In this document: one piece after another, positions 7,977-16,850 of the stretch
Position numbering within the stretch: the stretch's first letter is position 1
Layout of the letters: every line of letters begins with the position of its first letter
Assembly (NCBI RefSeq): GCF_006345805.1
Contig: NW_021825033.1
Span: 1-16,850, forward strand
DNA from: Octopus sinensis
Lineage: Eukaryota
Direction: 5' to 3'
DNA: 16,850 nt
Notes under the pieces: generated by a model
Seen by the model: the letters and a program-made list of their open reading frames with translations, nothing else
What the model was told of the DNA's origin: nothing
Databases searched by the model: none
Translations under genes and position numbers: made by a program

Positions 7977-10900
7977 TCATAGGATTATGCTCAAGGTGGC
8001 TTCGTCATTCATACGTGCCATTCTTGCTACATTCACCCATCTTTTTTTAAAACATTCGCTAGACAAAACTTGCCTCTCTACTCTCACTTTCCTTTTCAAG
8101 GGTACTTGAAGAAGTTGATGAGAGATTGACCAGAGAGGAAAGTTTTTGTCTCCAATCCTTTCAGACGCGTCCACCAGATACATTCTTTCGCCATAGCCAC
8201 AAGGATGATGAAAATAGCTCTTCCTTCCCGTTTGAAGGAAGGAGGCGTGACAATATTGACGATAGACTCCTGATAAACCGACTCGTCCCACACGTGACAG
8301 CAGTTGTTCGACATAAGCCCACAGGTCGGAAATTGTTGGACACTGAACGAGTGCGTGCAGAACGGTTTCGTCGCTCTGACCGCATCTCGGGCAGGTCGGC
8401 CCCGTGTTTTTCTCGAGCCGTGTCTGTAGAGCTTATCCCGACGGGTAGCGCTTCTCGGTAGCACTACCAGGCCAGGATCTCTGGAAGTTGTCCATGGCCC
8501 TGGCCCGAAAGTCGTCCTGAACAGGCGGGTCAGGTACTCCTCGTCGACGTCCAGGTTCGCCCCGAGCTCGTCGTCGTACCTCCCCTCCACTAAACCCCTA
8601 TAGAATGCTGTGGTTGTGTTGAAGTCACTTAAGGTCGACCCAGGACGGCAGAGTTGCTTGAGAGCAACGCGACACTCGCGGTGCCATTCGCCCTTCCTCG
8701 GCCTCTTTTTGATCCACGACTGCAGTTCGGTCATGGAGACGAGCTGCGGGAAAGCGTGCCTCACAAACGGCGACCACACCTGTTCACCGTCGTCTACATA
8801 GAGCCAGAGATGTCGCAGTCTCAGCGCGTATCTGCGCATCATCAACCACGGCATGCCCAGCCCTCCTTTTAACGGGTGTTGACAGCAAATGGATCGCCTG
8901 ACCATCGGACGCATCCTTTCCACAAGAAGCGAAAGAGAATGCGTTGTAGTTTGGTGATGGTAGGGTCGGGACAAGGTACGACGGTCAGGCGGTAGTAGAT
9001 GACGGACGCGATGTATGTGTTCGCCACCTCCGCTCGACCTTTTAGGGACAGTTTCCTCTCGGCCCATTGCCGGGCGAGAGTGACCACCCTACTCGTTATC
9101 TCGTTCCAGTTCTTCTCCACTTGGAGGTCCGGACCAAACCAGACCCCGAGCAACTCAACCGGGCCGTCGGTCCAGCGTCCCACGACGGAGGCGCTGGTGG
9201 ACGGCATGAGCTTGCTTCTCCAGGTGCCTAGTCGCAAGCCCACTGACTTTTCCCGGTTGATTTTCGCTCCTGTCACCGCTTCGTAGTTTTTCAGTGTCTC
9301 GCCGACCAGCTCGATGTGCTCGTGGCTAGACACTATGACGGTGACGTCGTCCGCGTATGCAGACACGCTCGTCCCGCATCCCAATTCTCGCGGGATGCCC
9401 CTTAGAGTCGCCAGCTTCCGCAGTGTGGCTCAAGAGTCAATACGTATAGAAGCGCCGAGAGGGGGCATCCCTGACGGACCGAACGTGCAATGTCGAAAGG
9501 TCTCGATAGATGTCCATTTACGCGAATTACCGAACGGATGCCTCTGTACAAGGCAGCTATCCAGCCGCGGAAGACGGGACCGAAACCAGCCGCTCTCAGG
9601 ACTGCCTCCAAGTATCGATGGTCTACCCTATCAAAGGCTTTCGATTGATCCAAGTTGATCAGGGCCCCACCCATGCCAGGTTCGTTAACTACCCTGTCTA
9701 TGATGTAGCGCATCAGATGGAGGTTGTCATGGATGGTCCGGCCTGGCACGGCGCACGTTTGCGCCTTGTCGACCAGTTTCTCGATGACAAGCGCCAACCT
9801 CTTGGCTAGCACCTTGGCCAAAATTTTCAAGTCTGCATTAAGCAGAGTGATGGGCCTAAAGTTATCTATTACATTTCCCTTGTTTAGATCTTTTTTCAGC
9901 AGTGTTACGGCTCCTCGGCTCACAAAACCAGGAATGCTCCCGTTTTGCTGCCAGTTGCAGTACACCGCCGCCAAGAGATCTCCAAACAAGTCTGGCATAC
10001 AATGTAAAGCTCGTAGGGTAGACCATCCAAACCCGGTGATTTGTCCCTCGAGCATTCTGCCATCGCTTCCCGCACTTCCGCCGCCGTGATGGCACCTTCG
10101 CAGCACCCTGCCTTTCTTGTCGAGAGTCGTGGTAGGCTATGTAGGTAGGCACTGAAGTCCACCCTACGTTCTTGCCCTCCACTCGTTCCGAACAGTCGGG
10201 CAAAATGCTGCTGAAAGGCCTCACACATTTTACTTGGCTCGAGCAATTCGCGCCCCTGTTCATCTACCAGGGACCGAATGGTGGCTTTGTTGCCCTGTTG
10301 CGCCTCTGCCACCCGGGCCTCTCTCGCGGCTCCAACACCTTCGTTCCTTAGAGCACGCATCCTAGCTCTGACAGCACATCCTTCGTGTTTGGCGTTGAAG
10401 TGTTGGTCGAGGGCCAACCTCGCCGCCAAAACGTCGGATGCGATGCCGCTTCTAATTGCCTCTTCTAGCTTCTTAACTAGCTCACCCTCTACTCTATTTC
10501 TATCTATGGCTAGTGCTTTGCTGTACCTAATCGCTTCTGCTTTTACTGCTCTCTTGAGGGCAAACCACCATTTGTTGTTGATGATGGCTCCCGTCAAAGC
10601 CCTCTTTACTAGTGTGCTAATCCGGTCTCTGAAAACCTGTCTCGATGGGAAAGACGCGTTTAGTTTCCAGTATCCGGGACCCTGCCTAAGTGTCTTACCT
10701 AAGTCTAGCGTACATGTCACAAGTTTGTGATCCGTGTAGCTGACTATGTGGAATTGTGGACATCCTATGCTATCTCTATCTACTGTCCTACACAGTATCC
10801 TATCTAGATACGATCTCGACGACCCGATGCGGTTGCTCCATGTCCACGTTGGCGCATTCGGGTGGTCTAGTCGGAACCTGTCAGACAGTTGAAAGCGTCT

Positions 10901-11040
10901 GAGCAGGTCTCTGAGGCATTTGCATCCCCGTCTATTCCTATCTCTACCCACGTAGTCTACATGCGTGTCCAAGGTAGCATTCCATCCCCCACTAAGAGTA
11001 AAGGACGAGACGTTCCAAAAATCTAGACGTTGAAAGAAAT
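7977..11040 (-). pseudogene. LINE ORF2: AP-endonuclease C-terminal half, reverse transcriptase, CCHC zinc finger; multiple frameshifts
   Basis: EN motifs GGWNA, TWTWSN, SYLDRI, TDHKLV. RT motifs KSPGLDGLPYE, NFRPITLLNADLKILAK, LDQSKAFDRVDH, QGCPLS, YADD (9346-9357), GGLGMP. CPRC-x8-H-x4-C at 8393-8340 lies in an alternative frame. Stop codon at 7977-7979. Confidence 0.95.
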
Positions 11041-11042
11041 CC

Positions 11043-12327
11043 TTTTTGTGAGTGTGCCTCACTGCCACATGTATAGCATCGTGGCCCTCGACTACTACGT
11101 ATAACTTGCGGCCATCCTCAATATGTACGTGGGTGGGGATTTTATTTATGTCCTCTTGACTTATGTGGAAGAGGAACTCTATTCTCTTTCCCAGCCAGTC
11201 CTTGTTTTCCGAAACAACCGATATCTAGGATGTTTAAGTCCTCCATTTCGGATGTTAAGGCGGATGTATCCACAGTGTTGTAGTCACTTGGGGGACACCA
11301 CTGATATGACTTTCGTCACCTTCTTGCCGAGGTAACTCGTGTCAACGTTAGTTCATCAGAATGAAGGGTTATCGTTGAGAATTTCTTCGCCAACTCTTCA
11401 TTCTGAAAAACCACCTGTACGTGTGCGAACTTGTTCGCCCAAGTCACACAATCCTTGTATCCCCAGATGGGGCGTAAGCACTTTTCGACTTTGTCTGTGC
11501 TTGCCTTTTCTGGACTTTTAGTTTTTTTATTTGTGATTTTATATACAATTGTCTTTTTTTTCTCCTCATTCAGTATGTGCTGAGGTATGTGTAAGAGTAT
11601 TTTTCCGTTTTCATTTGTAATAAGGTTTCTGCAATCTTTAATCTGTTGTGTAGTAACGAAACTTTTGTTACCTTTTCTTTTATCGCCTCGGCGAGTTTTT
11701 TGTTGTTTTTGTTATTTGTTACTGCCGGTGGTGTTGGTGTTGATGGCAGGGGTGTGGGTTGTAGGTTTGTGGTTGCTGATTATGCAACTAGCAAGGGGTG
11801 GAAAATTGCCTGCGTAATTTAGTCCTGCATTAAACGCAAATTTCGGCATTTCGTTTGCTTGTCGTCGTTATTTTTTCACTTGTTGGTGGTGGAGTGAGCA
11901 GTGGTTGAAGGGAATTGTTGTTGTCGTCGTCGTTGTTGTTGTTGTTTTTGTTGTTGTTGTTGTTATTGTCGTTCTTGGTGACGGCGGTGGTGTTAGTAGT
12001 ATTAGTAGCATTGACGGCACGGTCTTTGGTGGCGGTGATGGTGGTGTTGGTATTGTTATTGGTGGCGATGTCTTTAGTAGGGATAGTAGTTTTAGTAGCA
12101 GATTCTGCCATGGTGTTGTTGTCGGTGTTGGTGGTGGACTTACTGATGGTGTTGACGGTGCTTGGCCTTGCGACCTTTGTTTTGTATTTGTTGCTGTTGT
12201 CGATGTTGATGGTGGTGGAGGTGGTGGTGTTGTTGTCAGGTTCAGCGTATGCTAACAGAGCATCCTGTTTTTCTGTCTCTGCGTCACACTTGACTTGCAC
12301 CTCAGCCTCGTGGTGACCAGTGGCCAT
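11043..12327 (-). pseudogene. LINE ORF1 (gag-like nucleic-acid-binding protein), frameshifted and C-terminally truncated
   Basis: ATG at 12327 (MATGHHEAEV...) and a Thr/Asn-rich N-terminus. Hand translation of 11520-11043 gives KVEKCLRPIW...HVQVVFQNEELAKKFST...YLGKKVTKV...KLYVVVEG and a zinc knuckle start RCYTCGSEAH at ~11081-11052. Confidence 0.75.
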
Positions 12328-12546
12328 TTTGGAAATAAAATGGCTAAATGAAACCACGAAGGCTATGAGAATTTTTTCTTTTAAATTTTGCCCACAAGGG
12401 GCAAAATTTTGTGTAGATATTTATCAAAGGTTTGCAGTGGATGTTGTTGCACAACTTTTAAACACAAATATTTGTCAATATACACTTTTGAACGTATAAA
12501 AATACCAACTTACGTGGAGCCCCATTGACTTGCGTCTGTCTGTCCA

Positions 12547-12724
12547 AGATAGATAGATAGATGATATATAGATAGATAGATAGATATAGATAGATAGATA
12601 GATAGATGATAGATAGATAGATAGATAGATAGATGTAGATAGGTGTCTGTAGATAGATAGATATCTGTATGTATATATATATATATATATTATATATATA
12701 TATATATATTATATTATATATATA
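12547..12724 (+). repeat. Imperfect (GATA)n followed by (TA)n, abutting the LINE 5' end
   Basis: Read directly from the sequence. Confidence 0.95.
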
Positions 12725-12935
12725 TTCTTTTATTCTTTTACTTATTTCAGCCACTTGACAGCGTCCATGGTGGAGCACCGCCTTTTAGTCGAACAAATGG
12801 ACCCAACGATTTAATCTTTGTAAGCCTAGTACTTATTCTATCGGTCTCTTTTGTTGAACCGCTATGTTACGGTGACGTAATCACAGCAAAATCGGTTGTC
12901 AAGTGATGGTAGCGGGGACAAACAGAGACACAAAC

Positions 12936-12978
<43 letters not shown>

Positions 12979-13139
12979 ACGGGCTTCTTTCAATTTCTGT
13001 CTACTAAATCCACTTACAAGGATTTGGTCGGCCCGAGGCTATAGAAGAAGACACTTGCCCAAGGCGCCATACAGTGGAACTGAACCTGGATCGATGTGGT
13101 TGGTAAGCAAGCTTCTTACCATACAGCCACGCCTCCGTC
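12725..13139 (-). mobile_element. tRNA-derived SINE family A, full-length copy 2
   Basis: Colinear with 4617-5063; A box TGGCTGTATGG and B box GGTTCAGTTCC on the minus strand. Confidence 0.9.
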
Positions 13140-13157
13140 ACACACCACCATAACGCT

Positions 13158-13189
13158 ATATATATATATATAGATAGATATATAGATAA

Positions 13190-13240
<51 letters not shown>

Positions 13241-13241
13241 T

Positions 13242-13299
<58 letters not shown>

Positions 13300-13365
13300 C
13301 TGTGCGTGTGTATGCTAATACATAGATTCGTACAAAATACACATAAGTGCATGTATATATGTATG

Positions 13366-13399
<34 letters not shown>

Positions 13400-13527
13400 T
13401 GTATGTATGTATGCATGCATGTATGTATGTATGTATGTATGTATGTATGTATGTATGTATGTATGCATGTATGTATGTATGTATGTATGTATGTATGTAT
13501 GTAGGTATGTATGTATGCATGTATGTA
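13158..13527. repeat. (TA)n, (GATA)n (to ~13299) and (TATG)n (~13350-13527) microsatellites
   Basis: Read directly from the sequence. Confidence 0.95.
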
Positions 13528-13718
13528 TTATATTTTTCGGCTTTGTATTGAACACGTATGTCCTTCACGTCTCCGTTATGTAATGAAAAGATTTGTCAAA
13601 CATTCAACGCGTTTTCTTATGTCCTATTTGCTGCGTCCCGTTTTCTCTTCTTGTTGGTAGCTTAACCATACAATTTTTCCCGTCCCTTCTATCTTTCCAA
13701 GTTAACAAGATTCCACTG

Positions 13719-13945
13719 CTTTATTCTTTTAGACGTTTCAGTCATTTGGCAGTAGCCATACTGGAGCACCGCCTTAATGGGCTTTATCCAAAGATATCGA
13801 CCCCAGGACTTATTCTTTGTAAGCCTGGTACTAATTCTATCGGTCACTTTGCCGAACCGCTAGTTTCCGGGGACATAAACACACCAACATCGGTTGTCAA
13901 GCGAAGTTGGAGGGACAAACACAAACACAAAGACATACACACACA

Positions 13946-13980
<35 letters not shown>

Positions 13981-14000
13981 TCACATACACACATACACAG

Positions 14001-14037
<37 letters not shown>

Positions 14038-14176
14038 ACGGGCTTCTTTCAGTTTCCATCAACCAAGTCCACTCACAAGGCTTTGGTCGGTCTGTGGCTA
14101 TAGTAGAAGACACTTGCTCGAGGTGTCACGCAGTGGGACTGAACCCGGAATTATGTGGTTGGGAATCAAGCTTCTT
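13719..14176 (-). mobile_element. tRNA-derived SINE family A, copy 3, lacking the first ~25 nt (A box)
   Basis: Colinear with copy 1 up to ...AAGCTTCTT, where an unrelated sequence begins. Confidence 0.88.
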
Positions 14177-14875
14177 TTATTCATTAAATTGGCCACAAGG
14201 GCCTTAAAAAGAAAGGAAGCTGCGAGCTGGACAAGGACATAATGAGATGAAATGATTGACGATATGATAATAATGAGGGCAACAGCAACGCCCGTCGATT
14301 GCTGTTTACCCGAGCACATTGTTCTTTATAAATGCATATTGAGGCAACAAACCTCTTACATAACAAAATATAAAGGAGGCAATAAACCTCTTACAAGAAA
14401 GCCACTGTGAAGCAGCAACCTCTTACAGTAAAAAAACAATAAATCAATACAAATGAGGCGCCAAGCCTCTTACTTTAATTGATCATAAGTCTTCCAGCCT
14501 GACTAGACTTCTCGCCTTGGTCAAACACCTGGACGATGTCAAGTCGGGCCGCTTCAAAACAAAGTCAAAAGTGTCCGCCGGGAAGGAGTTCATTATCCTG
14601 CACAGATCCGTTTCCCATATGACCTCCGCAGCCACCTGCGAAGGCCAGTCTGGGTCCTCCGTGCAGGACAGAACCCCTTCCCTTTGGCCTTTCCTTTTTA
14701 TCTTCTTGATGAAGTTCTCCATTGTCCCTCCCTTATGGAAGAGGATCACAAACTCCTCCTCCACACCATGGGAGGAATCTACCTTCGTTGGCACAATTCC
14801 CACAGAAGGTACTTCGGGACACGCCGGCAGTGTATCACAAACCTCCTGCTTGTTTATTTTGCTTTTGTCCTGCAT
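14177..14875 (-). mobile_element. Putative 3' fragment of a second, Tx1-related non-LTR element (130-codon open frame plus structured 3' UTR)
   Basis: GC-richer ORF 14875-14483 has weak similarity to the ORF2 C-terminus (NFIKKIKRKGQREGVLS vs NFFKY.LKRKVRVERQVLS). The terminus GCCCTTGTGGCCAAT...AATAAAAG resembles the main element terminus GCCCTGAGTGGCTAATAAAG. Confidence 0.5.
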
Positions 14876-14889
14876 CAGTATTGTACTAT

Positions 14890-14962
14890 GTGTGTATATA
14901 TATATATATATAAGTGCATGAGTATAAGTGTGCGTATGTATGTATGTATGTATGTATGTATG

Positions 14963-14991
<29 letters not shown>
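14890..14991. repeat. (TA)n and (TATG)n microsatellites
   Basis: Read directly from the sequence. Confidence 0.93.
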
Positions 14992-14994
<3 letters not shown>

Positions 14995-15027
14995 AATATA
15001 TTTATGTGTGTGTTTTTGTATTTAAAT

Positions 15028-15352
15028 GTGAAGGCGCGTGGCTGAGTAGTTAGGGGTATTCGGCTCACGATCGGAAGGTCGCGAGATCGAGTCCTGCGGT
15101 ACGTTGTGTTCTTGAGCAATACACATTATATCACGTTGCTCCAGTTCATTCAACTGCCAAATATGAGTAATATCTGTATTTGAAAGGGTCGGCCTTGTCA
15201 TAGTCTTTGTCACGTTGAATTTTCCTGAGAACTACGTTAAGGGTACGTGTGTCTACGGAGTGCTCAATCACATTCACGTTAATTTCACGAGCAGGCTGTT
15301 CCGTTGATTGGATCAACTGGAACACTCGTCGTAGTAAGCGACGGAGTGTCAG
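15028..15352 (+). mobile_element. tRNA-derived SINE family B
   Basis: GGCGCG-TGGCTGAGTAG (A box), GATCGAGTCC (degenerate B box), CORE-like TGTGTTCTTGAGCAA, two terminal hairpins, followed by (GT)n. Confidence 0.8.
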
Positions 15353-15385
15353 TGTGTGTGTGTGGGGGTGTGTGTGTATGTTGTG

Positions 15386-15431
<46 letters not shown>
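15352..15431. repeat. (GT)n microsatellite between the tail-to-tail SINEs
   Basis: Read directly from the sequence. Confidence 0.95.
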
Positions 15432-15433
<2 letters not shown>

Positions 15434-15678
15434 CTTTTCTTCTTTCACTTGTTTCAGTTATTTGACTGTGGCCATTCTGGAGCACCGTCTTTAATCGAAC
15501 AAATCAATTTCAAGACTTATTTTTTGTAAGCCTTGTACTTATTCTATCGGCCTCTTACGCCGAACCGCAAAGTTACGGGGAAGTAAATACACCAACATCG
15601 GGTTGCCAAGTGATGGTGGGGAGACAAACGCAGACACACAAATACACACACATACACACACACACACACATATTTATA
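15432..15678 (-). mobile_element. SINE family A, copy 4 (3' half only)
   Basis: Matches the family A tail up to the central CA microsatellite; the tRNA head is absent. Confidence 0.85.
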
Positions 15679-15876
15679 TACTCTTTTACACTTTTACTTA
15701 TTTCAGTCATTTGACTGCGGCCATGCTGGAGCACTGCCTTTCTGCTTTTAGTCGAGCAAATCGACCCCAGTCTCTTTTGCCGAACCGCTAAGTTACGGGG
15801 ATGTAAACACACTAGCATCGGTTGTCAAGCAACGTTGGGAGGACAAACACAGACACACAAACATATGCATACACAT

Positions 15877-15914
<38 letters not shown>

Positions 15915-16070
15915 CGGGCTTCTTTCAGTTTCCGTCTACCAAATCCACTCACAAGGCTTTAGTCGGCTCGAGGCTATAGTAGAAGACACTTGCGCAAGGA
16001 TCCACACACTGGGACTGAACCCGAAACTATATGGTTGGGAAGCAAGCTTCTTACCACACACCCACTCCTG
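15679..16070 (-). mobile_element. SINE family A, copy 5, with an internal deletion of ~35-40 bp
   Basis: Colinear with copy 1, but ATCGACCCCAG joins directly to TCTCTTTTGCC, lacking GACTTATTC...TATTCTATCGG. Confidence 0.9.
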
Positions 16071-16375
16071 TAAAGTTAAATACCTCATCTGTAAATATGC
16101 ATACTCCGGTCCCAAACCTGTATTTCTGATATCAAGTGACAGTAAAAGTCACGAATATTTTGACGAAAAGTTTTTAAATGAGGCTACACAAGAAAAATTT
16201 ACTTTATATATAAATTGCTGGTGACCGGAAAGTGACGGTGGATTCGAAAATTCCACAAGACTCTTCCAGAATTTTTCGTATGTAAAATATATTTGTGGAT
16301 AGAGGCGTCAAGTAACAGGAGTTGATATTAAAAACAATTTCAGTATCAATATGATTATGAATTGTTAAGTAAGGG

Positions 16376-16549
<174 letters not shown>

Positions 16550-16619
16550 AGAGGCATTTACTGATATATGCACACACGCGCCTATATACTGCATGTATAT
16601 GCTTATAGAAAATTGTTTA

Positions 16620-16850
16620 CATATATATATATATATTATATATATATAATATATATATATTCATTATATGCCCACTTAACCGTGGATACGTATATGAATA
16701 TATGTATGTCTATAATATTCACACACAAACACAGACCACATAATATATGTATATATATTTATATTTATATCTATATTTATAATATATATATACATATATA
16801 TATGCATACATATATATATTTATATATAATTATATATTATATTTACATAT
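16620..16850. repeat. AT-rich degenerate (TA)n low-complexity region
   Basis: Read directly from the sequence. Confidence 0.85.

Larger units (their letters stand above)
7608..12546 (-). mobile_element. L1/Tx1-clade non-LTR retrotransposon, near full-length with an internal deletion
   Basis: Putative 5' UTR, ORF1, ORF2 (APE-RT-CCHC) and a pyrimidine-rich 3' UTR ending AATAAAGAAACA. GC content is higher than the flanks. The 5' boundary is inferred from the start of the GATA array. Confidence 0.93.

Noticed and set aside
8126-10730. Plus-strand ORFs overlapping the LINE
   Set aside because: They are antisense shadows of GC-rich ORF2 with no recognisable motifs.
11905-12316. Hydrophobic Val/Leu-rich membrane-protein-like ORFs on the plus strand
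   Set aside because: They are the antisense of the (AAC/ACC)-rich low-complexity ORF1 N-terminus.
13593-14242. 204-aa ORF and similar ORFs at 4544-5083 and 12896-13153
   Set aside because: They are read-through of antisense SINE sequence and recur in each SINE copy.
14341-14473. CRISPR-like repeat-spacer appearance
   Set aside because: Eukaryotic context, repeats of only 18-19 bp that are degenerate, irregular short spacers, and no cas genes.
16093-16224. Short open frame (KYAYSGPKPVF...) in unique-looking sequence
   Set aside because: About 43 codons with no motif and no clear splice context.

Overview
This is AT-rich, repeat-dense eukaryotic DNA with no recognisable host protein-coding gene; most ORF-track entries are microsatellite or antisense artefacts. 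The tRNA-derived SINEs resemble octopus (cephalopod) SINE families, which is an inference from memory and not a database match. The centre holds a ~4.9 kb minus-strand L1/Tx1-clade non-LTR retrotransposon (7608-~12546). It has a frameshifted ORF1 (low-complexity N-terminus, RRM-like core, zinc knuckle) and a frameshifted ORF2 (APE endonuclease, RT with YADD, C-terminal CCHC). An internal deletion joins the two ORFs, and the element is flanked on both sides by (GATA)n. Other mobile elements: five copies of one SINE family, one copy of a second SINE, a complete non-autonomous Helitron, a Tigger/pogo-like MITE, a long-TIR MITE, and a second LINE-like 3' fragment carrying a hairpin array. A ~335-350 bp inverted repeat near the start has arms that each carry a Helitron-type 3' end and a minimal Penelope-type hammerhead ribozyme motif (U3-A8 variant). 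All alignments and translations were done by eye, so boundaries are approximate.
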